Origin: Candidatus Iainarchaeum sp. | GTDB taxonomy: Archaea > Iainarchaeota > Iainarchaeia > Iainarchaeales > JAZDEL01 | Direction of reading: 5' to 3' | Length of the DNA: 64,000 nt | Assembly: GCA_043808785.1 (NCBI GenBank) | Contig: JAZDEL010000006.1 | Span: 41,264-105,263, forward strand | Part shown: in pieces, positions 17,125 to 26,135 of the stretch | Layout: every line of letters starts with the position of its first letter | How positions within the stretch are numbered: the first letter of the stretch is position 1 | The notes under the pieces: model-generated | Databases searched by the model: none | What the model saw: only the letters and a program-made list of their open reading frames with translations | What the model was told of the DNA's origin: nothing | Made by a program: the position numbers and the translations under genes

Positions 17125-18426
17125 TTATTTCGCGCCCTTCCTGGGCTTAATCTCGTCAATCCCGTGCATGAAAGGGAGCAAGGCATCTGGGATTTTTACT
17201 GTGCCTTTTTCGGTCTGGAAGTTTTCTACAATCGCGCGGATTGTGCGCGAGGTTGCGAGCGCTGTGCTGTTCAAAGTGTGAACGAACTCCTTGCCCTGCG
17301 CTGTGCGGAATTTTATGTTAGAACGTACTGCCTGGTAAGAGGTGCAATTAGAGGCGGAAACAACTTCGGCATAATTCTGTTCGCGCGGGAACCATGCCTC
17401 TATGTCGTACTTGCGTGCTGCAACTGTGCCTATGTCGCCTGTGCAGACATCGACAACGCGGCAAGGTATGCGCAGACCCTGGAGGAGTTCCTCCGCGTTT
17501 TTCAGGAGTTCGTCAAGCAGTTTTGCGCTTTCTTCTGGTTTGCAAAATACGAACTGTTCTACCTTGTTGAACTGGTGCACGCGGAACAGGCCGCGAGTAT
17601 CAACGCCGTGCGCGCCGATTTCGCGGCGGAAGCAGGGAGAGATGCCTGCGTATTTCAAAGGCAGGGAACGCTCCTCGAGGATTTCGCCTGCGTGCATTGC
17701 GCAGAGCGGGTGCTCGGAAGTTGCAATCAGGTAAGTGTCCACACCCTCGATTTTATACATAACTTTCTCGAAGTCTTCAAGCGCCGTGACCCCTTCATAT
17801 GGCGCGCGGTTCATGAAGAAGGGCGGCTTTATCGGCGTGAAGCCTTTCTTGAGCAGGTGTGAAAGGGAGTATTGCACAAGCGCGCTGTCGAGGAGCGCGA
17901 GTTCGCCAATGAGGAAATAAAAACCCCTGCCGGAGGTTTTCGCTGCGCGCTCGAAATCAACCAATCCTGCGTTCTGCAGGAATTCGCCGTGGGGATGCAT
18001 TTTGAATGAAGGAACTTCTGTTTTGCCCCAGCGGCGGATGACCTTGTTTTCCGAGGAGTCTTTGCCCAAGGGGACGTCTTTTTCGAGGAGGTTGGGGAGG
18101 GAGAGGAGCATCGGGCGCGCCTGAAGGCGGAGTTTTTCCGCCTTTGCGTCAAGGGCCGCAATCTTTTTCGAAACCGCCTTTGCTAGCGAGATTTTTGCCT
18201 TTGCTTCTTTTTTTGAGGCGGCTTTTGAAATTGTTTCGGTTAGGGTGTTGCGCTTCTTTTTGAACTGCTCGGATTGGTAAGAGAGGCGAACGATTTTCTT
18301 GTCAAGCGCAAGAAGCCTTTCCAGCAGCGCTTCCTTCCCTCCCATGCCGCGGCGCTTGAGGTCTGCTTTTACCGCATCGGGGTTTGCGCGCACGAATTTC
18401 AGGTCGAGCATGTGAACACGAACCAA
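17125..18426 (-). CDS. serS: serine--tRNA ligase
   Basis: N-terminal coiled-coil arm plus class II aaRS core. 433 aa. Confidence 0.9.
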   Translation of the reverse strand: MVRVHMLDLKFVRANPDAVKADLKRRGMGGKEALLERLLALDKKIVRLSYQSEQFKKKRNTLTETISKAASKKEAKAKISLAKAVSKKIAALDAKAEKLRLQARPMLLSLPNLLEKDVPLGKDSSENKVIRRWGKTEVPSFKMHPHGEFLQNAGLVDFERAAKTSGRGFYFLIGELALLDSALVQYSLSHLLKKGFTPIKPPFFMNRAPYEGVTALEDFEKVMYKIEGVDTYLIATSEHPLCAMHAGEILEERSLPLKYAGISPCFRREIGAHGVDTRGLFRVHQFNKVEQFVFCKPEESAKLLDELLKNAEELLQGLRIPCRVVDVCTGDIGTVAARKYDIEAWFPREQNYAEVVSASNCTSYQAVRSNIKFRTAQGKEFVHTLNSTALATSRTIRAIVENFQTEKGTVKIPDALLPFMHGIDEIKPRKGAK

Positions 18427-18453
18427 TGATTAATCATTATTAAAGGATTTACC

Positions 18454-19029
18454 TTGTTATTATTTTTTATGGCGAGGGGTTTAAAGGCGGGTTCGCCAAA
18501 AGGAGAGGTTGTTGTACTCAGGTATGGCCACAGGGCTGTGCGCGATTATCGGGTAACCTCGCACTGCTGCCTTGTTGCAAGGGCGTTCGGGGCGAAGAGG
18601 ATAATTATCGCGGGGGAGGCTGACCCTGAAATAAAACAGAGTGTTGACGGGGTCACGGCAAAATGGGGCGGGAAGTTTGAGGTTCAGTTCACGGATTCGT
18701 GGAGGGAAACAATTACAGGGCATAAGAAAAAAGGTTTTGCCTGCGTGCACACAACAATGTACGGCTTGAGGCTGCAGGATGAGATTAAGCGGATAAGGAA
18801 GCGCGGGAAAGTGCTGTTAATACTCGGCTCGCAGAAGGTGGAGAGGGCGGTTTATGAAATGGCGGATTTCAATGTGGCGATAACATCGCAGCCGCACTCG
18901 GAGATTGCCGCGCTTGCGGTTTTCCTGCACGAATATTTTCAGGGAAAGGGGCTTGGGCTTGAATTCAAAGGCGCGAAAACTAAGATAACGCCGGAAGCGC
19001 ACGGGAAGAATGTGAGGAAGGCGAATTAA
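18454..19029 (+). CDS. SPOUT methyltransferase, probably tRNA (cytidine56-2'-O)-methyltransferase aTrm56
   Basis: VVVLRYGHRAVRDYRVTSHCCLVARAFGA...MYGL...NVAITSQPHSEIAALAVFL matches the aTrm56 pattern. About 190 aa. Confidence 0.65.
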   Translation: MLLFFMARGLKAGSPKGEVVVLRYGHRAVRDYRVTSHCCLVARAFGAKRIIIAGEADPEIKQSVDGVTAKWGGKFEVQFTDSWRETITGHKKKGFACVHTTMYGLRLQDEIKRIRKRGKVLLILGSQKVERAVYEMADFNVAITSQPHSEIAALAVFLHEYFQGKGLGLEFKGAKTKITPEAHGKNVRKAN

Positions 19030-19032
19030 CCC

Positions 19033-19434
19033 TTAGCGAGCCATTAAACGGATGAGCTCCTTTTTCCCGCCTGAGAGCTTCACCAAAGCGCGCGTGAGTT
19101 CTGGATCAAAATGCCACTCGGCTCTCTCCCGCAGCGCACCGAGGCGGCTGTTTAGTTGCAGTTCACTCTTCGCGGCATTTATCTCTTTAGCCAGACGCCT
19201 GGCAAACTCAAGTTCTTCCTTGTCCACGGGCCAGTCATGCCTCTTTGGCACAGCATGCTTGCCGCGTTTCAGTTTGTTGTCTCTTTGCACTAGCAGGCGG
19301 AGTACGTCTGTGTGCAGCTCATGATAAACGCGCTGCTTCTCAGCCTCATTTCTCAGGGCTTTACGAGAATAATAGTTGGTCTTTAGTTTTATAATTGCTT
19401 TTTTAAGCCCCACACAAACCACCCATTTTGGCAC
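19033..19434 (-). CDS. hypothetical protein
   Basis: 133-aa ORF, no recognisable motifs. Confidence 0.35.
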   Translation of the reverse strand: MPKWVVCVGLKKAIIKLKTNYYSRKALRNEAEKQRVYHELHTDVLRLLVQRDNKLKRGKHAVPKRHDWPVDKEELEFARRLAKEINAAKSELQLNSRLGALRERAEWHFDPELTRALVKLSGGKKELIRLMAR

Positions 19435-19570
19435 GCAATGCTACCGCTAAAAACAAACGTGGTTTGCATATATAACCGTTGTGCTGCAGTTAATGGCGGC
19501 GAAATCGAACGCAAAACGCGTCTTGCGCGCACAAAAAACGGAAAAATATTTTTCGCGCACGTGTGTAAGT

Positions 19571-19580
19571 GTTTTAAACA
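19571..19580 (+). promoter_or_regulatory. TATA-like box (GTTTTAAACA) about 25 nt upstream of the tfe ATG (leaderless-type promoter)
   Basis: A/T box at the expected spacing from the start codon. Confidence 0.4.
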
Positions 19581-19600
19581 ATTAGCAGGGGAATTATGTC

Positions 19601-20134
19601 ATGGCGAGGAAGGAACTCTGCGATTTTGTGATTGTGCAAACGTACCTGAGTTCGCTGGCGGGGGAGCACGCAAGCAAACTTGTGAGGATTTGCGGGAGGA
19701 AGAGGAAACCCATTACGGACGAGGAGATAGAAAAGAAGCTCCCGATAAAAATAACCGAGATAAGGACAATACTCAACAGGCTGCATTACTGGGGGATTGC
19801 ATCATACCAGAAAAGCAGGAACCCGAACACAGGATGGTATTCGTATTCGTGGGAAATAAAGCCGGACAGGATTTCGGAACTTATAGCGGAGGGGCAGGCG
19901 GAGGAGATTGCGAAGATAGAGGCGAAGATAGAGTACGAGAGGAATTACGCCTTTTTCAGCTGCAAGGGCGGGTGCAATAACGTGCCCTTTGAAATTGCCG
20001 CGGAATACGAGTTCAAGTGCCCTGACTGCGGGAAGACAATGGAGGCAGTGAATAACGAGAAAAGGGTAAAGGAACTGAAGAAAGGCCTGAAGGACATTGT
20101 TGACAGCATTGGGGAGATAAAGAAGCTTGTGTAA
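19601..20134 (+). CDS. tfe: transcription factor E (TFIIE-alpha homolog)
   Basis: N-terminal winged helix plus C-terminal zinc ribbon (CKGGC...CPDCG). 177 aa. Confidence 0.8.
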   Translation: MARKELCDFVIVQTYLSSLAGEHASKLVRICGRKRKPITDEEIEKKLPIKITEIRTILNRLHYWGIASYQKSRNPNTGWYSYSWEIKPDRISELIAEGQAEEIAKIEAKIEYERNYAFFSCKGGCNNVPFEIAAEYEFKCPDCGKTMEAVNNEKRVKELKKGLKDIVDSIGEIKKLV

Positions 20135-20315
20135 GCGCGCGGGCGGGGCAAGCTGTGGTTGCGGGCATCAGTTGGCATTTAACCAGAAGGCAAAATAACA
20201 CACATTGTTGGACAAACGGCACAATTTGCAAAGGGAACAATAATTAACCCGATAACGTTATTTTGTTTGCTTTCCGAAAGGTAATTAAACAGATGAATAT
20301 GATAAGTTAAGTTAC

Positions 20316-20402
20316 AGCGGGGTAGGGCAGCCTGGAGTGCCCGTCGGGCTCATATTCCATGGGGAAACCCGAAGGTCGAAGGTTCAAATCCTTCCCCCGC
20401 TA
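20316..20402 (+). tRNA. initiator tRNA-Met(CAU) with a canonical 12-nt intron (37/38)
   Basis: AGCGGGG...CCCCGCT-A with an A1:U72 pair, GGG/CCC at the base of the anticodon stem, CTCATA|TTCCATGGGGAA|A loop, and T-arm GAAGGTTCAAATCCTTC. Confidence 0.85.
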
Positions 20403-20408
20403 TGTTTA

Positions 20409-20441
20409 CTTTCGCCCCTTTTAAGCGAAAGGCTTGTTTTA
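20409..20441 (+). terminator. hairpin (CTTTCGC...GCGAAAG) followed by a T-rich tract directly after the tRNA-iMet 3' end
   Basis: Inverted repeat plus TTGTTTTA. Confidence 0.35.
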
Positions 20442-20540
20442 AGGCACGCACTTGGCTCCTGCGAGGCGGGCGGCTTGCTATGCACAGGGAGGGGGCTAAA
20501 TTCGCGTACGCACTTCCGGCAAGGCGGGGCAAACCCACCT

Positions 20541-20750
20541 TTTTCACTCACACACTTTTTGGGCCTGCCAGCGCAAAGCCTGATGCGTGCACTCACTTGC
20601 CGGCAAGCTAACCCGCAGCATTGCTTACTCTCGCTCACTTATTGGCGCACTTGGCCAAAAGAGGCTTAAAATCAACTCACTTTTCACTTAAGGCGCGCAA
20701 GGTTACTTCTGCGGGCCTGTTTTTAGGCGAAAAATCACTCACTTTTTGCA
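20541..20750 (+). repeat. five or six dispersed direct copies of CACTCAC(T)T spaced 30-70 nt downstream of tRNA-iMet
   Basis: Copies at about 20545, 20590, 20634, 20666, 20675 and 20737. Confidence 0.5.
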
Positions 20751-20840
20751 ACGGTTTTGCACTGTTTTTGGGCTTTTTTGGTTTAAATGGCTTGAAATAC
20801 GGCAATTGACTATAAAATGGCAGTAATTAATGGTAATTAC

Positions 20841-20892
20841 CGTAAATAATTTAGGTAAATACAGTCATTATAGTAAATAATTTAAGTAGATA
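20841..20892 (+). repeat. two about 21-nt AT-rich direct repeats (GTAAATAATTTAGGTAAATAC / AGTAAATAATTTAAGTAGATAG)
   Basis: 17/20 identity, 30 nt apart, in a locally AT-rich patch just upstream of ORF 20894. Confidence 0.5.
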
Positions 20893-20893
20893 G

Positions 20894-21361
20894 GTGCAAC
20901 TAGATAGCGTTATGCTCAAAGGATTTGTGCGCGGAATAATGGGCGCGCTGCTGAAAGTGGCAAACTGGGCCAGCACAGAGGGCAAGGCACCTGCTGAAGA
21001 GACTATTTATGAGCGCCAGAAGGGCGAACCTGCTTCCGAAGAGGTGCACAGCATCTGGGATTACCTGGAGTTTGCGGAAAACAGCCAGGCATTCCACCTT
21101 GTGGGAGTTGTGGGGTTTGAGGAATGGGTGGATATGGCGGAGATAAAGAGGAGGATAGCGGAGATTTACAAAATCGAGTATAAGAACGACCGCAGCCTTT
21201 ATCCATACATAAAGACGCTTACTGACGCGGGCCTGTTTGAAACAACGAGTGCGGGGGGCAGGAGGAAGTGGAGGAAGCGCGACCTTGTGATTAAGCTCAA
21301 AGGGAGCATCAAAAAAGAGGCTTTGGTGCGGCAGGCTGAAAAGGCACAAAGGAGGGAATAG
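20894..21361 (+). CDS. hypothetical protein
   Basis: 155-aa ORF downstream of AT-rich direct repeats. Confidence 0.4.
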   Translation: MQLDSVMLKGFVRGIMGALLKVANWASTEGKAPAEETIYERQKGEPASEEVHSIWDYLEFAENSQAFHLVGVVGFEEWVDMAEIKRRIAEIYKIEYKNDRSLYPYIKTLTDAGLFETTSAGGRRKWRKRDLVIKLKGSIKKEALVRQAEKAQRRE

Positions 21362-21940
21362 ATGCCTGCAAGCGGCATGGAACGGCAACCAAAAATAGGG
21401 GCGAAATCACGTGGCTTCCCGGCAGATTCTGAAGCAATAACGCGAAAGCGCAAGCCAAAACAAGCAGCTGGCAGGCTACAGGGGCAGTCAGGCGTGATAG
21501 AAAGAGTAGAAAGCAGCTATGGCCTGCCAAACGAAACAATAAGGCGGCTGCAGAACCTGCTGTTCAAGCGGGAACGAATTCCTGGGGGGTGTGTAAAAAA
21601 GGTCAGGCTGCTCCGCCGTTACTTCCACATAGGGCAGCCCGGCCAGGGTTCGCATTTCAGCAGGCTGCTGCCAGGAACCGGGGTTTGGGTGACGAACAGC
21701 AAGGGGCGGAAAACTGAGAATTATTTAGGGGTTATGGGGAAGGGGAACACCCATGTTGCGGCGCTCCGTCGCAAAGAGCCGAGCGGAGAGTGGGTTAAGA
21801 CTGGGCCCAAAACGTTTGAAATTGATGAGTTTTCCCCGACAGACAATATGGCCGAATCGTATGTTACTAGCCAGCCCGGGCTTTATGCTTGGGTCGCAGG
21901 AATTAAGGTCGGCCCGCGCTGGCTCGGCAGGCTTGTTTGA
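21362..21940 (+). CDS. hypothetical protein
   Basis: 192-aa ORF abutting the previous one. Basic, no motifs. Confidence 0.3.
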   Translation: MPASGMERQPKIGAKSRGFPADSEAITRKRKPKQAAGRLQGQSGVIERVESSYGLPNETIRRLQNLLFKRERIPGGCVKKVRLLRRYFHIGQPGQGSHFSRLLPGTGVWVTNSKGRKTENYLGVMGKGNTHVAALRRKEPSGEWVKTGPKTFEIDEFSPTDNMAESYVTSQPGLYAWVAGIKVGPRWLGRLV

Positions 21941-22033
21941 GAATAAAACAGCACTTCTACATAACTATGCAGGCGGCACCCTAGTTTCGTTGCTCCCTTA
22001 GAATTACGGCTTAAAGGGGCTGAAAATTAGGGC

Positions 22034-22642
22034 TTACCCCTTCATTGCCCTATACATCTTGTAGAATTCCGCAAGGCGCGGGGACGAGGAATAAGACTCC
22101 TTGAACCAGCCGCCGTTCACTACCTTGTCGGCGCGCTCCACAAGCAGTTTCTTGTACTGGGCATCGACATTCTGCCCTGCAGCGACCGCCTTTGCAATTG
22201 CCTGCATCTCGGAGTGCAATGATTCGGGAGCGCCGGATTTTGAAGTAACATGCTGGCGCTCGAGCAGGGCCTCAAGCGAGGAAACAACCTCCTTATCGGA
22301 GAGGGTTTTTTCATCCATGTAATAAACCGCTTTCCAGTCCCCCTTGCCCCTCCAGAAGTGGCTCGGGTTCTTGCCTGTTTTGAAGAAGGTTGTCAGGCTG
22401 TTGAAGCCGCCCTGAGGGATAATTACGCAGTTCTTTCCCGGGCGCATATAGGGCACGCCTGAAAGCACGCCGTTCCTGTGGTAATGGTAGGTTTTGCCGT
22501 TGGATTTGGTGACGTTTTGAGTATAGCCGTAGATTGCGCGGAAGAGCTTCTGGTATGTATATGAGGAGTGCTTCACGGAATCGGGAAGAATGAACTTATA
22601 TTGAATGAAATAACCTTTCAGTGCCACCAAGCAGACCCCCAC
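22034..22642 (-). CDS. hypothetical protein with an HUH-like (HYH) motif
   Basis: 202-aa ORF with GKTYHYHRNG and downstream YYMDEK. Very weak resemblance to rolling-circle Rep motifs. Confidence 0.4.
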   Translation of the reverse strand: MGVCLVALKGYFIQYKFILPDSVKHSSYTYQKLFRAIYGYTQNVTKSNGKTYHYHRNGVLSGVPYMRPGKNCVIIPQGGFNSLTTFFKTGKNPSHFWRGKGDWKAVYYMDEKTLSDKEVVSSLEALLERQHVTSKSGAPESLHSEMQAIAKAVAAGQNVDAQYKKLLVERADKVVNGGWFKESYSSSPRLAEFYKMYRAMKG

Positions 22643-22890
22643 ACTTCCACTACTAACATAACTCTATCAAACTGAACTTGCTTATGTATAAGGATAATAC
22701 ATAAATACTATTATTTGGCACTAAACCTTTTTAAACATATTTTGCGCGCGGGCGCGCGCAGGGAGCAATTGAAAACGCGTTTTTTGCGGTTGGCCGCGAA
22801 GGGAGCAACAAAATGCCGGGGGTTGCCTGCATGGTTTGCGCCGGATTTGAAAGAATCAGTAGCCGCGCCCGCGAAATGTACGGGCGCGTG

Positions 22891-23452
22891 CCAATAACCC
22901 TGCGAGTTTGTTTGGCGGGCGAAAATATCCGCGTCGCGCCCGCCCAAAAACGCGAAAACCTCAGTAACCCTGCGGACCCGGCTCTTCAGTAACCCTGCCG
23001 CCCGATACAAGGATTATGTCTTTTGTTGCCTTGACTGTCTTGTATGGTATGCTCTTTTCGCTTATGATTTTCTTCGCTTCCTGCTTTGTCTTTGCCCTGA
23101 GTGCCTCGGTTGTTATTGTTTCTACCCTGCCTTTCTCAAGGTTTATGACCAGGTCGAAGACCTTGCCCTTGTATTCGGCGCCTGTAGTGTAGATGTCCAT
23201 GCCGAAGAGTTTAGATAATCTCATTGTCATTTTTTCCACCCCAAATTTTGGATCCAAAATTATTGGATTATTCTTGTTTATAATAAGCCCGCAGAAATAT
23301 ATAAATGTTTTGGTGCGTTCGGGGATATTTAATAGATGCGGTTTGAGGTGCTTTTGGCAGGGTTCTGCGGCGGTTATACATAACCCTCGCGCAAAGGGGG
23401 CGATGTTTTTTAAGTTCCTGCGCAAGGGAGTAAGGAATATACATAACCCTTC
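22891..23452 (+). repeat. dispersed short repeats (C)AGTAACCCTGC x3 and TATACATAACCCT x2 flanking the PRC-barrel gene
   Basis: 22891-22906, 22962-22975, 22987-23000, 23375-23391, 23437-23452. Confidence 0.5.
22961..23230 (-). CDS. PRC-barrel domain protein
   Basis: MTMRLSKLFGMDIYTTGAEYKGKVFDLVINLEKGRVETI... Start trimmed to ATG at 23230. Confidence 0.55.
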   Translation of the reverse strand: MTMRLSKLFGMDIYTTGAEYKGKVFDLVINLEKGRVETITTEALRAKTKQEAKKIISEKSIPYKTVKATKDIILVSGGRVTEEPGPQGY

Positions 23453-23586
23453 AAACGCCGAAACGCGTGGTTTTTTGGGGTTTGGTGCCCGAATTAGGCA
23501 AACCCCGCAGGAGGGGGCGCGGTGCCAAAGTCCCTGCTGCCAAAGCAATGCCGCAGTAGTGGAACCATGGGGGCGGCAACAGCAGC

Positions 23587-23922
23587 TCACCCTTCTTTGT
23601 ATTTGCGTCTGTCTCCCTTGTAAATGCTGTGTCGCCTGCCTTGGTATCTAACTGGCTTTTTCTTCGGGGCGGGTTTGACTATTTTGAGTGAAGGCGTTTT
23701 ACGTATCTTTCCAGTTGGTCTAAAAGCCAAGCCAGTAGGGCTGTGACCAGCGCGACCAAACAATCCGGCTCGTTCGAAGGGGCGCCACCGTCGTTTCCCA
23801 CCGCTCCTTGTTCCAAACCCCGGAAGGTCTGGCGGACCTTCAATCAGCCAGTTCCCCTTCTTCGCGCGTTCAATATTTTTTTTGAGCAAATTCACATTTG
23901 ACATGCGTTTCTTGTTAATCAT
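23587..23922 (-). CDS. questionable small basic ORF (the region may instead be a non-coding RNA)
   Basis: 111 aa, very K/R-rich with low-complexity composition. Confidence 0.2.
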   Translation of the reverse strand: MINKKRMSNVNLLKKNIERAKKGNWLIEGPPDLPGFGTRSGGKRRWRPFERAGLFGRAGHSPTGLAFRPTGKIRKTPSLKIVKPAPKKKPVRYQGRRHSIYKGDRRKYKEG

Positions 23923-24006
23923 TCAACCCCCCCTGCAGTTGCCGCCATAATTGACGCTTTTTTAATATATAACTCTTTCCTTCACAATTTGCATTTTGCA
24001 GGCCGC

Positions 24007-25083
24007 TTACAGCGAATCCAGCGGGCTTTTGACCTTCTTCAGTTCATCCGTCGAAACCTGCGTATAAATCTGCGTTGTGTTCAGGTTGCTGTGCCCTAAA
24101 AGCTCCTGGATTTTCCTTATGTTTTCCCCTGCCTCGAGGAGGTGCGTTGCGAAGGAGTGCCGCAGCGTGTGCGGCGTTACGTGCCTCTTTATTTCCGCTT
24201 TTTCCGCGGCTTCGCGGATTATCCTCTGCATTGTGTCTGAGGAGAGCTGCTTGCCGTTCTTCTTTGAAAAGAGGAACTCGCTCTGCACCTTTTTCTTTTT
24301 GAGGTATTTTTTTATGCCCGAAGTCCAGTCTTTTGAAAGTATAACGACGCGGTCCTTGTTTCCTTTGCCCCCTTTTACGCGCGCAATGCCCTCGTGCAGG
24401 TCTGCGTCCGCGGTGCGCATTTTTACGAGTTCGCTTACGCGCAGGCCTGAGGAGTAAAGGAGCTCTACCATCAGCCTGTTCCTGCCGTGCTTTGTTGCCT
24501 TGATCAGCGCCCTTACCTCGTCCTGTGAAAGCACTGTTGGCAGTTTTTTCGCCTTTTTCGGGGATTTTATCTCATCGAGGATTTTCAGGCGCAGGAAGTT
24601 GTGGAAGAAGAATTTAAGGGCGGCGTGAACAAGCGCAAGGGTCGCGTTCGTGGAGTTTCTCTCTGATTTCATGTGTGCAAGGAATGCCACAACATCCTCG
24701 CGCGCGCAGGACTGTGCCGGCTTGCTGCTGTGCTCGAGAAAGGCCTTTGCGTACATGGAGTACATTTCAAGCGTGCGCTTGCTGTAGCCTGTAACCGTTA
24801 ATTCCTGCTGGAAGCGCCTGAGGAGTTCGGCGTTCTCAGGGAGCAGAACTTTCGCTGTAGGTGATATTGGGGTTGGGTGTGCTGCGGGAGAAGTGGCACT
24901 AACCGCGGCTGCTGGTGTTCTGGCGCCTTCTAACCCCGCTACGCCTCCTTCCTCTTTTGCGGCATAATCATTTGCCATGCTACCATATTGGTTGAAGTCG
25001 TTAATATTCGTTTCCGCACCGTGCGTAACTCGGCAGAGCGCACTGCAATTAGGGCAAACACAAACCTTTTTTAATTTTCCCAA
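24007..25083 (-). CDS. tyrosine recombinase/integrase, XerA/XerC-like, with an N-terminal extension
   Basis: C-terminal catalytic region with R...HxxR...Y (RHSFATHLLEAGENIRKIQELLGHSNLNTTQIYTQV). The N-terminal extension carries CxxC...C. Confidence 0.85.
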   Translation of the reverse strand: MGKLKKVCVCPNCSALCRVTHGAETNINDFNQYGSMANDYAAKEEGGVAGLEGARTPAAAVSATSPAAHPTPISPTAKVLLPENAELLRRFQQELTVTGYSKRTLEMYSMYAKAFLEHSSKPAQSCAREDVVAFLAHMKSERNSTNATLALVHAALKFFFHNFLRLKILDEIKSPKKAKKLPTVLSQDEVRALIKATKHGRNRLMVELLYSSGLRVSELVKMRTADADLHEGIARVKGGKGNKDRVVILSKDWTSGIKKYLKKKKVQSEFLFSKKNGKQLSSDTMQRIIREAAEKAEIKRHVTPHTLRHSFATHLLEAGENIRKIQELLGHSNLNTTQIYTQVSTDELKKVKSPLDSL

Positions 25084-25126
25084 ACGCGGGCAAATTTATT
25101 AAAGCCTTACTAATCACAACTGATTT

Positions 25127-25321
25127 ATGCTTGGAAGGAAAAAAGCCGAAGGAAGGCCGATAAAGGAGAAGGCTGAGGACAAAATCTGGCGCTCGGAGTT
25201 CGAGCAGATGTCCCTTAAAGAGCACGACGCAAAGCTTGCACAGCTCGGGCTGGATGACGAGGATATAGAGGAATTCAACGGAAAGTTTGCGGGCAAGGCG
25301 GAGAAGAAGGGGAAGAAGTAA
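25127..25321 (+). CDS. small charged protein, hypothetical
   Basis: 64-aa ORF with an AAATTTATTAAAG box about 25 nt upstream. Confidence 0.4.
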   Translation: MLGRKKAEGRPIKEKAEDKIWRSEFEQMSLKEHDAKLAQLGLDDEDIEEFNGKFAGKAEKKGKK

Positions 25322-25430
25322 GGCGCCCTAAAAAACAAACAAAAACCGCTCGCGGTTAGCGCGAACCAGCGGTTCTGTTTTCGGGTTTGTTTTTATTGCA
25401 TTTTTATTCCTTTTCATCTCCAATTGATTT

Positions 25431-26135
25431 ATGCCCCGTATATGGCAGCCGAAAGCGGTGCTGTTCGACCTGGACAACACGCTCATCGATTTCATGCGCA
25501 TGAAGCGCGCGTCCTGCGAGGCTGCAATTTCCGCAATGATTGACGCAGGCCTGCAGCTCGGGCACGGGGAGGCATTTGGCAAGCTTTTCGCGCTTTACGA
25601 CATACACGGGATAGAACACCAGCGCATTTTCCAGAAGTTCCTGAAGGATGTTTCGGGGGGCGTTGATTACCGCGTGCTTGCCGCGGGGATTACCGCATAC
25701 AGGCGCACGCAGACGGGGTTCTTGGAACCATACCCTCACGTGCGCACAACCCTCCTGCACCTTAAGGAGCGCGGGATAAAGCTCGGAATTGTAAGTGACG
25801 CACCGAGGCTCAGGGCGTGGATAAGGCTGAGCGAGATGAACCTCTCGGGTTTTTTTGACGTTGTTGTAACTCTCGGTGATACAAAACGCAGGAAGCCGCA
25901 CAGGATGCCTTTTGACGCGGCAATAAAGCTGCTCGGCATGCGCGCGGATGAAATCCTTTTTGTCGGGGATAACCCTGCAAGGGATATTGCGGGGGCGAAA
26001 AAAGTAGGGATGAAAACCGCGCTTGCGGAATACGGGCTCGCAACCTCGGGCTTAACCGGCAGGGGGCCTGAGGCGGATTACGTGCTCAAGGATATTTCGG
26101 ATTTAATGAGGATTGTCGGCAAACCAAACCCGTAA
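25431..26135 (+). CDS. HAD-superfamily hydrolase
   Basis: Motif I FDLDNTLID, motif III/IV K...FVGDNPARD. Confidence 0.8.
   Translation: MPRIWQPKAVLFDLDNTLIDFMRMKRASCEAAISAMIDAGLQLGHGEAFGKLFALYDIHGIEHQRIFQKFLKDVSGGVDYRVLAAGITAYRRTQTGFLEPYPHVRTTLLHLKERGIKLGIVSDAPRLRAWIRLSEMNLSGFFDVVVTLGDTKRRKPHRMPFDAAIKLLGMRADEILFVGDNPARDIAGAKKVGMKTALAEYGLATSGLTGRGPEADYVLKDISDLMRIVGKPNP

Larger units (their letters stand above)
20403..25083. mobile_element. possible integrated element or remnant between tRNA-iMet and a tyrosine recombinase gene
   Basis: tRNA-adjacent, short repeats, AT-rich iterons, hypothetical ORFs and a tyrosine recombinase. No att direct repeat of the tRNA 3' end was found. Confidence 0.3.

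Noticed and set aside
20316-20402. Taking this tRNA-Met as the elongator form.
   Set aside because: The A1:U72 pair and three G:C pairs at the base of the anticodon stem are initiator hallmarks in archaea.
20541-20892. A CRISPR array downstream of the tRNA.
   Set aside because: The repeat core is only 7-9 nt with irregular spacing and there are no cas genes. It does not fit CRISPR architecture.
23520-23800. Possible RNase P RNA. An AAAGUCC box lies near 23527 and an ACAAUCCGGCU box near 23775, resembling the P4 5' and 3' strands.
   Set aside because: The two boxes cannot form the P4 helix (the 5' box reads GUCCCUG, not GUCCGG). No CR-II/CR-III boxes were recognised. Kept only as a generic ncRNA candidate.
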